NCBI GenBank assembly: GCA_977016875.1
Contig: CDRNST010000093.1
Span: forward strand, 744,001 to 808,000
DNA from: Pavona decussata
Taxonomy: Eukaryota
Length of the DNA: 64,000 nt
Direction: 5' to 3'
Shown here piece after piece: positions 1 through 13,515 of the stretch (positions are counted from its first letter, which is position 1; each line of letters opens with the position of its first letter). The notes under the pieces are model-generated. The model made no database searches. It was not told where the DNA came from and saw only the letters and a list, made by a program, of their open reading frames with translations. The translations under genes were made by a program, and so were the position numbers.

Positions 1-1536
1 AAAAAAAAACAAAAACAATTCAGGCTTGAACAATGATTCGATCCATGACTTGTGTAATTCTGATGCAGTACTCTCCCAACTGAGCTTTTAAGCCAACAGT
101 CCAGGCTGGACATTTTGTGAATCCGTATTACACCAATAAATCGGAAAAGGTTGAAGTGAAATGTATAATAAACAACTGTTTGAGCTGCAGGTGATACTTA
201 CTTTTTTTAGATTCGGATTTACAGAGTCCCATAGATATGCTAATATCTCCGAAAGCTAACCATCCAAAATACACTTAAATATCAATAACCATAAGATCCT
301 TTGTTGACTAGTTAAAAACCATCAAAGCGAGCTCGGCAAAACTTACATCAGGTGTTAATAGAAGACAAAGTACAAATTACCACTGTAATGAGAAACTAGC
401 GAACTCAGAAAGTGACCTGCACTCATGAATATAGAACTAGGTCGACAACTAATGAAAAATTCGATGTGTAAACTACAAGAAATGAAAAAAATGAGATCTT
501 TTTTTCATGATCTGGTGTCCAAATTTGTAATAGTCTCCCACTGACTTTAAAAGTACTAAGCAAATCCCAATTTAAATCCGAATAAGAGAAAGTATTTCTT
601 AAATTCCTTGAAACTGAAGATAATAATATTTAATATATCGTGGGTATATCGTGGGTATATCGTGTTATGGATGCACGCGGGAAGTTTTTGAGAGCACGTG
701 AGAAGCGTAAGAGTTGTAGCCTCTTGAATACTCTCTAAACTTCCCAAGTGCATCCATAACTCGATTTACCCACAGCTAAAAGCATCAACCAATTCTTTTA
801 TAATATAGTGAAAATAAAGTAAATGATTCCTGGAAAACAGGTTTTGTTCCTGATTAATTACAAAATTCAATGCACAAAAAAAAAAAGGTGAAAGTAGTTT
901 CTCTTATCGGTTTAATCTTAACGTTTCATTAAACTTCAAGCTCTTATAAGAATTTGAACTGCGGATGGATGCATAAATTAATAAGAGACGTTTGCAGTTA
1001 TAAAACCTATAACAAGCCTGTAGTTGCCGGTGAACATTGAAGAGTTACCTCTGTTATCATTTGAAAAGCATCTCCATTTACATTTTTGGGTGATAGCAGG
1101 CGACAGTCCGGGGGATAATTTGTGTTGGGCGGTCGAGGTAATTGAACTCTTTCCTGCTTTAATCAAAACATCCTGCCTGACTGACTTAGGACGACGGGGA
1201 ACTTGAGCTGTAGGCTATTCTCAGCTACACAGTATCCTACGGTATAACTCTCGAGAGTAACCTTCCTCTGGAACAGACCTGGTTATCAATGGATTTTCGC
1301 CAGAAACTAGCCAAAACGTCTACCTGGCCAGACGAAAACCCATGAGGACATTTCAATATTACACCAGGGAGGTTGATTTAAAGTTATAAGAGTTCATTTG
1401 CTCTACTTGTTAGACAGTAATGTAACGTACATGTCCACATAAACAGACTTTATGATCATGACTAGAAAAGTGATTTTCAATATACATTCCGTATCACTTT
1501 ATCTAGTTGTATTTGAAATTGCACGCCAGCGGAGTA

Positions 1537-2336
1537 CTTGATGTTCGTCCATCATCAATAATGATGATGACCATAAACTTGACTGGTTGGCTGAGTGCTT
1601 GCGAATGTGGCTGATTCGTCCGATAAGGGAACAGAGCTATGTGCTGCAGATTGTGCACTTTTGGCCCGCCCGCTGGGTGACTGGGTGGAGGAGCTAGCAG
1701 CTCTCGCTTTCCGTGCTGCCTGTTTGCTTTCAGCCGTGGTTCTGCGACGCTGTTCAGCTGAAGAGGCTCCACTACTGACCAGGCTGCGCCATGATGGTCG
1801 GTTTGAACCAAGGTCTTTCCAGGCTTCGACAGGAATTTCTAAGTTATTTAGGTTAGCATTTGAGGCTGTCTTTGACTCGTCCAAATTTGCGCTTTCCTTC
1901 TGTCAGTTCGCCGTATAGGAGCACTTTGGAGATACGCTGGTCATTCATGCGTGGGATATGTCCAGCTCATGTTGCCTGTGCCTTCTCTAAGAGAGTGTGT
2001 ATGCTGGTCATGCTTGCCCGGGAGAGGACCTCTATGTCGGGGATTCGTTCCTGTCATTTGTTTCTTATCAGCTTGCAGGGACAGGTTGTGTTGAAGTGGT
2101 TCACTTGTCTGGTATAGTCCAAAATTCACAGGCGTAAAAGAATGTAGTGATAATTACAATCTGGTATACCTTAAACTTGGTGGTCAGGCTGGTGCCCCTA
2201 CGTTCCCAGACATTGGTTCCAAGTCTCCCAAAGGCGCTGTTGGCCTTGGTGATTCTGCACTTGACTTCTTCGTAGATATTGGCTTGAAGGTACAGGGTGT
2301 TTCCCAAGTAAGTCAATTTATCCACATTATTGACCA
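1537..2336 (-). mobile_element. RTE-clade non-LTR retrotransposon 3' fragment (degenerate RT C-terminus)
   Basis: Broken frames give VDKLTYLG..L, KANSAFGRL..NVW..RG.SL.TK.KVY, LLYGELTEGKR, W..L...R..WR. Ends in CATCATTATTGATGATGGACGAACATC. Confidence 0.85.
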
Positions 2337-3378
2337 TTTGCTTCCTAAGTACCTAGTGCGTATTTTTGGCTTCTTAGGAAAATGAGTTTTTTCGGCTTTT
2401 CGTTTGAAGTCGAAACTTCTTCGAAACTTAGTCAAGACTATTTTATGACGGTTGTATTTTTTGGGGAAAACTCAATCTCCTGGTCAGGATCTGTCTCCTG
2501 TCAGTCGATAAAAGCAAGCGTCGTAGAAGACAATCAAGTGGTGAAGTGGTCTTCTGTAAACGTTGAATAATTGATTCCATCCAGCGATATTGCACCACAC
2601 TGATGTTTACCTTTGTTGTTATATTCTTATATTGAAGATTAGGAGAAAATCGCATGCATTGTCACGGGAAGTTATAAAAATAATAAAAATATTGTAGATG
2701 TGTATTTCAGGAAGTTATAAAGGCATTAAAGTGATCTTATCCTTTTGAATTAATAGGGAAGTTCTCTTATTATGATTCCACTCAGGAATTAGCATCTCTC
2801 GGCTAATTGGTCACAACCTTGAACACTGAACACTTATATCCTCTTATAAGATCACATAAATATCCCGCCGCATAAGCAACATATATATCGAGACATCAGG
2901 AATCATTCGCCACGGCAGTCGTTGACACAACGCATTCCTGTGAGGTTTTTCGCCGCCAGTATTCCATCTATTTAACTGATAGCAAACAACTAACCGGCGG
3001 TCTTTTAATCGAGGCTAGCACTAGAAGTCCGTTTCGCAACAGTGACCTCGTATGAAACGCAAAAACCACTGTGACGAAGAAAAAAAGCGTAATTATTGCT
3101 TCGTGATCTAATGTTGACGTCGATAACGCTATAATCTACTAAGAAAACGTCTGACTAAGGCTAAGCTTACGCAGGCAAGATTCTGGCAGATGATTTGTTC
3201 TTCGTGTTTGAGTGAAGTGAACTCCTTCACGTACAATCCAAACATTCTTCTTGGAGAGTTCAGAGGAAGAGAAGTTTAACTGTTACCTAAACCTACATAA
3301 TCTAACTACCAACGGGACTGAGAGCTGTAGTGCTTCAGCGAAATCATAAACGGAAGCGTCTTCATAGTTTCTTCAGAA

Positions 3379-4341
3379 ATGCCGTTAGACGTTCCCTTCG
3401 GTGGAAACAGCAGCAGCAGCAATTCTTCCTCTGAAGCATGTGCCATCGACGGAAAACCTGTGGGTACAAAGGAGTTGAAAATCGCCATTCACCTGATCAC
3501 ATTGGTCGTTGCCTTGGTAGGAAACAGTCTCCTAATCGCTGCTTTTGTGAGAATGAAAGAACCACTCATGCTTCTTATCGCTAACATGGCAGCCTCCGAC
3601 ATCTTGACGGCGATCTTCCTTATGCCTCGCTTACTTACAATTGAAATCGTCGGCTCGTACGCTTTCCAGATCCATGGATTGGGCGGGAGAATTCTCTGCA
3701 AAATGTGCGCCTTTTTGAGTGACATATCAGTATCCGTGTCGACCCAGAGCTTGGTAATCATCGCCGTGGAACGTTTTCTCGCTGTCGTGTATCCCTTAAA
3801 GACTCGTAGAATCACCGTGAAAACACGCCGTCTTCTAATCGCTTCAACATGGGTCATAGCCATGGCTTTTCACTCGCCATATCTTTATACAATGGAGCTA
3901 GTAAAAAACGAAAACAACGAAACAATCTGTCAACAATCAAAATGGTTTCTGGATAAAGAGTTATTCTATGGATACAATGTGTTTTTATTCTTTATACTTT
4001 TTGTTATACCCATAGTTGCCGTTTCTATTCTCTACCCCATTATTTTCATCCATCTTCGAGTGGACAAAATGTCGGCACACCGAAGCACTAGAGGAGACAA
4101 GCGAAGTCGCAGGCGCAACATGAACTTACTTAAGTTGGCCGTGGCTACTGTTCTGGCACTTTTGATCTCTTGGACAGGTTATATAACGATTTTCTTCCAG
4201 GAATTGTTTGTTCCAGAGACCCTTCCACAGTGTAGCTATAGTTTCGAAGTGGTGTATTTTGCCGCTCTCGTGCTTGCCAGTTCCTACTGTGCCATAAACC
4301 CTTTCATATGTTTCATGTTTTTGCGAAACTTTCGTACTTAG
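3379..4341 (+). CDS. Rhodopsin-like (class A) GPCR, peptide-receptor-like, copy 1; C-tail removed by a premature TAG
   Basis: Intronless 320-aa ORF with 7 hydrophobic segments, TM1 GN, TM2 LIANMAASD, TM3 ERF, TM7 NPFIC. CAG>TAG at 4339-4341 relative to copy 2; the ancestral frame continues to TAG at 4498-4500. Confidence 0.85.
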   Translation: MPLDVPFGGNSSSSNSSSEACAIDGKPVGTKELKIAIHLITLVVALVGNSLLIAAFVRMKEPLMLLIANMAASDILTAIFLMPRLLTIEIVGSYAFQIHGLGGRILCKMCAFLSDISVSVSTQSLVIIAVERFLAVVYPLKTRRITVKTRRLLIASTWVIAMAFHSPYLYTMELVKNENNETICQQSKWFLDKELFYGYNVFLFFILFVIPIVAVSILYPIIFIHLRVDKMSAHRSTRGDKRSRRRNMNLLKLAVATVLALLISWTGYITIFFQELFVPETLPQCSYSFEVVYFAALVLASSYCAINPFICFMFLRNFRT

Positions 4342-4698
4342 CTAATTATCATGTGTAAACTGAAGCGTCGAGGCACATTAAAGTTTGATGGAAAAATTAG
4401 CGGCAGGTCTCGAGCGAGCACTTCCAACACAAGCTGTCGAGTTGAATTAGTTCAGGCGACCCCAAAACTGCAGACAAGCACCCAGGACACGACTGAATAG
4501 ATGCTCGCCTGGTACACTACAGCTAGTGTCAGTCAGCTGCTTTTGTAGAAAACACCTCGCTGCTAAATATTACTACAATTCCCGTTATCACGAACAAAAC
4601 TTCGAATCCCACTGGATGTTTGCCTACTTTAGAACATTAACTTGAAAAAATAACAGCGCTATATCAAGAACTCGCTTTCAGAACAATAATAAAGTAGT

Positions 4699-4761
4699 AG
4701 AAGAAGAAGAAGAAGAAGAAGAAGAAGAAGAAGAAGAAGAAGAAGAAGAAGAAGAAGAAGA
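4699..4761 (+). repeat. (GAA)n microsatellite, about 20 units
   Basis: Directly visible. Confidence 0.95.
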
Positions 4762-7136
4762 CGAAAGTTCTGCACTGACAAGCTGTGTTGCTCTGGTTTC
4801 CAATCGTATATAAAGGAATCTACATAAAATCTTCTGGGGTATATACACTGTCATTAAAAACTCGTCGCCTTTTTGAATATGTAATAAATGTGTTTATTTC
4901 TTTGCTTGTTAGCCCATTTAATTAGTTTGGAAGGAGTTGGAGTCGTAATTAAAATACTATGAGCGTGTTACCTGCAAAGAGAACATTAAAATGAAGTATG
5001 CGCCAGTTTCTTTGTCTGTTTAATTTACGAAAATTGTACAAAAATCGATACAAAAACCTTCCCTAAGTAAAAACGTTGTGATCCATTGGTGACAAGACGA
5101 TAACGAAGGTTATGGTTAATGAAAAGGACGTTTTGCATTTTGCATTTGTCTTCTTTGGATGAAATTAATTGAATGGAGGTTGTCTGCCTCGTTGTTGGCC
5201 TGTATTTTGAGGCTTATCTTACTGAATTTTGTACTCCGTCAGTTATTTTTAACACGTGCAGTATATAATTTCCTGCCAATATTTTCCACTTCCAAAGCCG
5301 AGAGTTCAATTAATGACAAACCGTCGCAGCTCAAGAAGATACAAAAAGTACAAAGCCGCCGCCTGAATAACAATCGGTAGAATATGCAAATACGGGGAAA
5401 CTTTATCGAGATACATGTAGTCTGGGAAACACTTACCACTGAAATGAGAAAAGTTAATAACGAACTCCATTTCATCCATGAAATATATTAAATATGTATG
5501 TATGTTTGGATTGCGGATGAAAGAATTAATAAATGAGATACCATCCCAGTCATAGATGTACCCAGCTTTTAAAAGCAGCCGCGAAAAGAAAAAAAAAAAA
5601 AAAAAACAATTCAGGCTTGAACAATGATTCGATCCATGACTTGTGTAATTCTGATGCAGTATTCTCCCAACTGAGCTTTTAAGCCAACAGTCCAGGCTGG
5701 ACATTTTGTGAATCCGTATTACACCAATAAATCGGAAAAGGTTGAAGTGAAATGTATAATAAACAACTGTTTGAGCTGCAGGTGATACTTACTTTTTTTA
5801 GATTCGGATTTACAGAGTCCCATAGATATGCTAATATCTCCGAAAGCTAACCATCCAAAATACACTTAAATATCAATAACCATAAGATCCTTTGTTGACT
5901 AGTTAAAAACAATCAAAGCGAGCTCGGCAAAAATTACATCAGGTGTTAATAGAAGACAAAGTACAAATTACCACTGTAATGAGAAACTAGCGAACTCAGA
6001 AAGTGACCTGCACTCATGAATATAGAACTAGGTCGACAACTAATGAAAAATTCGATGTGTAAACTACAAGAAATGAAAAAAATGAGATCTTTTTTTCATG
6101 ATCTGGTGTCCAAATTTGTAATAGTCTCCCACTGACTTTAAAAGTACTAAGCAAATCCCAATTTAAATCCGAATAAGAGAAAGTATTTCTTAAATTCCTT
6201 GAAACTGAAGATAATAATATTTAATATATCGTGGGTATATTTAATATATCGTGGGTATATCGAGTTATGGATGCACGCGGGAAGTTTTTGAGAGCACGTG
6301 AGAAGCGTAAGAGTTGTAGCTTCTTGAATACTCTCTAAACTTCCCAAGTGCATCCATAACTCGATTTACCCACAGCTAAAAGCATCAACCAATTCTTTTA
6401 TAATATAGTGAAAATAAAGTAAATGATTCCTGGAAAACAGGTTTTGTTCCTGATTAATTACAAAATTCAATGCACAAAAAAAAAAAGGTGAAAGTAGTTT
6501 CTCTTATCGGTTTAATCTTAACGTTTCATTAAACTTCAAGCTCTTATAAGAATTTGAACTGCGGATGGATGCATAAATTAATAAGAGACGTTTGCAGTTA
6601 TAAAACCTATAACAAGCCTGTAGTTGCCGGTGAACATTGAAGAGTTACCTCTGTTATCATTTGAAAAGCATCTCCATTTACATTTTCGGGTGATAGCAGG
6701 CGACAGTCCGGGGGATTATTTGTGTAAGGCGGTCGAGGTCATAGAACTCCTTCCTGCTTTAATCAAAACATCCTGCCTGACTAACTTAGGACGACGGGGA
6801 ACTTGAGCTGTAGGCTATTCTCATCAACACAGTGTCCTACGGTATAACTCTCGAGAGTAACCTTCATTTGGAACAGACCTGGTTATCAATGGATTTTCGC
6901 CAAGAACTAGCCAAAACGTCCACCTGGCCAGACGACAACCCATAAGGACATTTCAATATTACACCAGGGAGGTTGATTTAAAGTTATAAGAGTTCATTTG
7001 TTCTACTTGTTAGACAGTAATGTAACGTACATGTACACATAAACAGAGTTTATGATCAGGACTAGAGAAGTGATTTTCAATATACATTCCGTATCATTTT
7101 ATCTAGTTGTATTTGAAATTGCACGCCAGCGGAGTA

Positions 7137-7933
7137 CTTGATGTTCGTCCATCATCAATAATGATGATGACCATAAACTTCACTGGTTGGCGGAGTGCTT
7201 AGGAAGGTGGCTGATTCGTCCGATAAGGGCACAAAGCTATCTTCCGCAGATTGTGCACTTTGGGCCCGCCCCGCTGGGTGACTGGGTGGAGGAGCTGGCA
7301 GCTCTCGCTTTCCGCGCTGCCCGTTTGCTTTCAGCCGTGGCTCTGCGACGCTGTTGAGTTGAAAAGGCTCCACTACTGATAAGGCTGCGCCATGATGGTC
7401 GATTTAAGCCAAGGTCTTCCCAGGCTTCGACAGGAAATTCTGAACTATTTAGGGTAGTCTTGAGGCTGTCTTTGAAGTGGAGCTTGAATCGTCCAAATTT
7501 GCGCTTTCCTTCTGTCAGTTCGCCGTATAGGAACACCATGGAGATACGCTGGTCATTCATGCGCGGGACATCTCCAGCTCATCTTGCCTGTGCCTTCTCA
7601 AAGAGAGCTAGTGTGTATGCTGGGCATGTTTGCTCGGGATTCGTTCCTGTCATTTGTTTTTCATCAGCTTGCAGGCACAGCTTGTGTGGAAGTGGTTCAG
7701 TTGTCTGGCATAGTCCAAAATTCACAGGCGTAAAGGAGTGTAGTGATAATTACAACCTAGTATACCTTAGACTTGGGGCTAAGGCTGGTGCCCCTACGTT
7801 CCCAGACATTGGTTTCAAGTCTCCCAAAGGCGCTGTTAGCCTTGGTGATTCTGCACTTGACTTCTTCGTCTATATTGGCTTGACGGTACAGGGTGTTTCC
7901 CAAGTAAGGCATTTATCCACATTATTGACCACT
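7137..7933 (-). mobile_element. RTE-clade LINE 3' fragment, copy 2
   Basis: ORF 7237..7560 LYGELTEGKRKFGRFKLHFKDSLK...CTICG; paralogous to 1537-2336. Confidence 0.85.
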
Positions 7934-8976
7934 CGCTTTCTAAGTACCTAGTGCGTATTTTTGGCTTCTTAGGAAAATGAGTTTTTTCGGCTTTTTGTTT
8001 AAAGTCAAAACTTCTTGGAAACTAAGTCAAGACTATTTTATGACGGTTGTATTTTTTGGCGAAAACTCAATCTCCTAGTCAGGATCTGTCTCCTTTCAGC
8101 CGATAAAAACAACCGTCGTAGAAGACAATCGAGTGGTGAAGTGGTCTTCTGTAAACGTTGAATAATTGATTCCATCCAGCGATATTGCATCTCACTGATG
8201 TACACCTTTGTTGTTGTATTCTTACTTTGAAGATTAGGAGAAAATCCCATGCATTGTCACGGGAAGTTATAAAAATAATAAAAATCTTGTAGATGTGTAT
8301 TTCAGGAAGTTATAAAGGCATTAAAGTGATCTTATCCCTTTGAATTAATAGGGAAGTTCTCTTATTATGATTCCACTCAGGAATTAGCATCTCTCGGCTA
8401 ATTGGTCACAACCTTGGAAACTAAACACTTATATCCTCTTATAAGATCACATAAATATCCCGCCGCTTAAGCAACATATATATCGAGACATCAGGAATCA
8501 TTCGCCACGGCAGTCGTTGACACAGCACATTCCTGTGAGGTTTTTCGCCGCCAGTATTCCATCTATTTCACTGATAGCAAACAACTAACCGGTCGTCTTT
8601 TAATCGAGGCTAGCACTAGAAGTCCATTTCGCAACATTTACCTCGTATGAAACGCAAAAACCACTGTGACGAAGGAAAAACGCGTAATTATTTCTTCGTG
8701 ATCTAATGTTGACGTCGATTACGCTATAATCTATTAATAAAACGTTTGACTAAAGCTATAAGCTCACGCAGACAAGATTCTGGCAGATAATTTGTTCTTC
8801 GTGTTCGAGTGAAGTGAACTCCTTCACGTACAATCCAAACATTCTTCTTGGGAGAGTTCAGAGGAAGAGAAGTTTAACTGTTGCCTAAACCTACATAATC
8901 TACCTACCAACGGGACTGAGAGCTGTAGCGCTTCAGCGAAATCATAAACGGAAGCGTCTTCATAGTTTCTTTAGAA

Positions 8977-10104
8977 ATGCCGTTAGACTTTCCCGTTGGT
9001 GGAAACAGCAGCAACAGCAGCAGCAATTCTTCTTCTGAAGCATGTGCCATCGACGGAAAACCTGTGGGTACAAAGGAGTTGAAAATCGCCATTCACCTGA
9101 TCACATTGGTCGTTGCGTTGGTAGGAAACAGTCTCCTAATCGCTGCTTTTGTGAGAATGAAAGAACCACTCATGCTTCTTATCGCTAACATGGCAGCCTC
9201 CGACATCTTGACGGCGATCTTCCTTATGCCTCGCTTACTTACAATTGAAATCGTTGGCTCGTACGCTTTCCAGATCCATGGATTGGGAGGGAGAATTCTC
9301 TGTAAAATGTGCGCCTTTTTGAGTGACATATCAGTATCCGTGTCGACCCAGAGCTTGGTAATCATCGCCGTGGAACGTTTTCTCGCCGTCGTGTATCCCT
9401 TAAAGACTCGTAGAATCACCGTGAAAAAACGCCGTCTTCTCATCGCTTCAACATGGGTCATAGCCATGGCTTTTCACTCGCCATATCTTTATACAATGGA
9501 GCTAGTAAAAAATGAAAACAACGAAACAATGTGTCGCCAATCAAAATGGTTTCTGGATAAAGAGTTATTCTATGGATACAATGTGTTTTTGTACTTTATA
9601 CTTTTTGTTATACCCATATTTGCCGTTTCTATTCTCTATCCCATTATTTTCATCTACCTTCGAATGGACAAAATGTCGGCACACCGAAGCACTAGAGGAG
9701 ATAAGCGAAGTCGCAGGCGCAACATAAACTTACTTAAGTTGGCCGTGGCTACTGTTCTGGCACTTTTGATCTCTTGGACAGGTTATATAACGATTTTCTT
9801 CCAGGAATTGTTTGTTCCAGAGACCCTTCCACAGTGTAGCTATAGTTTCAAAGTGGTGTATTTTGCCGCTCTCGTGCTTGCTAGCTCCTACTGTGCCATA
9901 AACCCTTTCATATGTTTCATGTTTTTGCGAAACTTTCGTACTCAGCTAATTATCATGTGTAAACTGAAGCGTCGAGGCACATTAAAGTTCGATGGAAAAA
10001 TTAGCGGCAGGTCTCGAGCGAGCACCGCCAACACAAGCTGTCGAGTTGAATTAGTTCAGGCGACCCCAAAACTGCAGACAAGCAGCCAGGACACGACTGA
10101 ATAG
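8977..10104 (+). CDS. Rhodopsin-like (class A) GPCR, copy 2, full length 375 aa
   Basis: Intact intronless 7TM ORF with N-terminal NSS sequons, TM3 and ECL2 Cys, ERF, NPFIC and an S/T-rich C-tail. Confidence 0.92.
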   Translation: MPLDFPVGGNSSNSSSNSSSEACAIDGKPVGTKELKIAIHLITLVVALVGNSLLIAAFVRMKEPLMLLIANMAASDILTAIFLMPRLLTIEIVGSYAFQIHGLGGRILCKMCAFLSDISVSVSTQSLVIIAVERFLAVVYPLKTRRITVKKRRLLIASTWVIAMAFHSPYLYTMELVKNENNETMCRQSKWFLDKELFYGYNVFLYFILFVIPIFAVSILYPIIFIYLRMDKMSAHRSTRGDKRSRRRNINLLKLAVATVLALLISWTGYITIFFQELFVPETLPQCSYSFKVVYFAALVLASSYCAINPFICFMFLRNFRTQLIIMCKLKRRGTLKFDGKISGRSRASTANTSCRVELVQATPKLQTSSQDTTE

Positions 10105-12713
10105 ATGCTTGCCCGGTACACCACAGTGTCAGTCTGCCGCTTTTGTAGAAAACACCTCAAAGCCTAAATATTGCGAAGATTAGCGCTATCACAAACGTTC
10201 TGCCCTGACGAAGTTGTGTTGCTCTGGTTTCAAATCGTATATAAAGGAATCTACATAAAATCTTCTGGGGTATATACACTGTCATTAAAAACTCATCGTC
10301 TTTTTGAATATGTAATAAATGTATTTATTTCTTCGCTTGTTAGCCCATTTAATTAGTTTGAAGGGAGTTGGAGCCGTAATTAAAATACTGTGAGCATGTT
10401 ACCTGCAAAGAGAACATTAAAATGAAGTATGCGCCAGCTTTTTTGTCTGTTTAATTTACGAAAATTGTAGGAAAATCGATACAAAAAGCTTCCCTAAGTA
10501 AAAACGTTGTGATCCATTGATGACGAGACGATAACGAAGGTTGTGATTACTGAGTGAAAAGGACGTTTTGCATTTTGCATTTGTCTTCTTTGGATGAAAT
10601 TAATTGAATGGAGGTTGTCTGCCTCGTTGTTGTGCCTGCATTTTAAGGCTTATCTAACTGAAGTTTGTACTCAGTCAGTTATTTTTAACACATGCAGCAA
10701 ATTATTTCCTGTCAATATTTTCCACCTCCAAAGCCGGGAGTTTAATTGATGACAGACCGTCGCAGCTCAAGAAGATACAAAAAGTACAGAGCCGCTGCGT
10801 GATTAACAATCGGTAGAATATGCAGATACGGGGTTACCTTCATCGAGATAGTCTGCATGCGACATAGTTACCGTCCACTGAGAAAGAAAAATGAATAAAG
10901 AACTCCATTTCATCCATGAAATATATTAAATGTGGATTGCGGATGAAAGAATTAATAAATGAGATACCATCCCAGTTATAGATGTATTAAAAGCAGCTGC
11001 GAAAAGAAAAAAAAAAACAAACAATTCAGGCTTGAACAATGATTCGATCCATGACTAGCGTAATTCTGATGCAGCACTCTTTCAACTGAGCTTTCAAGCA
11101 AACAGTCCAAGCTGGATATTTTGTGAATCCGTATTACACCCATTAATCTGAAAAGGTTGAAGTGGAATGTATAATAAACAACTGTTTGAGCTGCAGGTGA
11201 TACTTACTTTTTTTAGATTCGGATTTACAGAGTACCATAGATATGCTAATATCTCCGAAAGCTAACCGTCCAAAATACACTTAAATATCAATAACCATAA
11301 GATCCTTTGTTGACTAGTTAAAAACCATCAAAGTGAGCTCAGCAAAAGTTACATCAGGTGTTAATAGAAGACAAAGTACAAATTACCACTGTAATGAAAA
11401 ACTAGCGAACTCCATTTTGGAAGTAAAATATAATATATGAAACAGGTATGTATATTTGGACTGTGGATGAGAGACCTCCGCAGTCCTATATGTACGCAAC
11501 TTTAAAAAGCACGGCTGCGAAAAGAAAGTCTAAAAAAAAAATTCAGGCTTGAACAGTGATTTGAATCCATGACTTGTGTGAAACTGATGCAATGCTCTAA
11601 TGTACGATGTACACAACAACCTAGCACAGGAAAATATCCTTAACGTGTTTCAGAAAGTGACCTGCACTCATGAATATAGAACTAGGTCGACCACTAATGA
11701 AAAATTCGATGTATAAAATACAAGAAATGAAAAAAAATGAGATCTTTTTCTCAAGATCTGGTGTCCAAATTTGTAATAGTCTCCCACTGACTTTAAAACT
11801 ACTAAGCAAATCGCAATTTAAATCCGAATGAAAGAAAGTATTTCTTAAATTCCTTGAAACTGAAGATGATTATATTTAATAATTGGTTGATGCTTAGCGT
11901 GCGTATATCGAGTTATGGATGCACGCTGGAAGTTTTTGAGAGCACGTGAGAAGCGTAAGAGTTGTAGCTTCTTGGGTACTCTCTAAACTTCCCAAGTGCA
12001 TCCATAACTCGATATACCCACAGCTAAAAGCATGAACCAATTCTTTTATAATATAGTGAAAATAAAGTAAATGATTCCTGGAAAACAGGTTTTGAAAAAT
12101 TACAAAATTCAATGCACAAAAAAAAAGGTGAAATTAGTTTCTCTTATCGGTTTAATCTTAACGTATAAGAATTTGAACTGCGGATGGACAGGCCTGTAGT
12201 TACCGGTGAACATTGAAGAGTGACCTCTGTTATCATTTGAAAAGCATCTCCATTTACATTTCCGGGTGATAGCAGGCGACAGTCCGGGGGGATAATTTGT
12301 GTTGGGCGGTCGAGGTAATTGAACTCCTTCCTGCTTTAATCAAAACATCCTGCCTGACTGACTTAGGACGACGGGGAACTTGAGCTGTAGGCTATTCTCA
12401 GCTACACAGTGTCCTACGGTATAACTCTCGAGAGTAACCTTCCTCTCGAACAGACCTGGTTATCAATGGATTTTCGCCAGAAACTAGCCAAAACTTCTAC
12501 CTGGCCAGACGAAAAGCCATGAGGTCATTTCAATATTAAACCAGGGAGGTTGATTTAAAGTTATAAGAGTTCATTTGTTCTACTTGTTAGACAGTAATGT
12601 AACGTACATGTACACATAAACAGAGTTTATGATCAGGACTAGAGAAGTGATTTTCAATATACATTCCGTATCATTTTATCTAGTTGTATTTGAAATTGCA
12701 CGGCAGAGGAGTA

Positions 12714-13515
12714 CTTGATGTTCGTCCATCACCAATAATGATGATGACCATAAACTTCACTGGGTTGGCGGAGTGCTTAAGAAGATGGCTGATTCGTCCG
12801 ATAAGGGCACAAAGCTATCTCCGCAGATTGTGCACTTTGGGCCCACCCCGCTGGGTGACTGGGTGGAGGAGATGGCAGCTCTTGCTTTCCGCGCCGCCCG
12901 TTTACTTTCAGCCGTGGTTCTGCGACGCTGTTGAGCTGAAAAGGCTCCACTACTGATAAGGCTGCGCCATGATGGTCGATTTAAGCCAAGGTATTCCCAG
13001 GCTTCGACAGGAAATTCTAAGCTATTTAGGGTAGTCTTGAGGCTGTCTTTGAAGCGGAGCTTGAATCGTCCAAATTTGCGCTTTCCTTCTGTCAGTTCGC
13101 CGTATAGGAGCACCTTGAAGATTATTATACGCTGGTCATTCATGCGCAGGACATGTCCAGCTCATCTTGCCTGTGTCTTCTCAAAGAGAGCTAGTGTGTA
13201 TGCTGGGCATCTTTGCTCGGGATTCGTTCCTGTCATTTGTTTTTTATCAGCTTGCAGAGACAGGTTGTGTGGAAGTGGTTCAGCTGTCTGGCATAGTCCA
13301 AAATTCACAGGCGTAAAGGAGTGTAGTGATAATTACAACCTGGTATACATTGCACTTGGTGCTCAGGCTGGTGCCCCTACGTTCCCAGACATTGGTTTCA
13401 AGTCTCCCAAAGGCGCTGCTAGCCTTGGTGACTCTGCACTTGATTTCTTCGTCGATGTTGGCTCGACGGTACAGGGTGCTTCCCAAGTAAGTCAATTTAT
13501 CCACATTATTGGCCA
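12714..13515 (-). mobile_element. RTE-clade LINE 3' fragment, copy 3
   Basis: ORFs 12757..13143 and 13280..13504 carry RTE RT C-terminal motifs. Confidence 0.85.

Noticed and set aside
3489-3863. Antisense 124-125 aa ORFs repeated inside each GPCR (also 9093-9467, 14584-14961)
   Set aside because: Shadow ORFs on the opposite strand of a coding region; they recur only because of the duplication.
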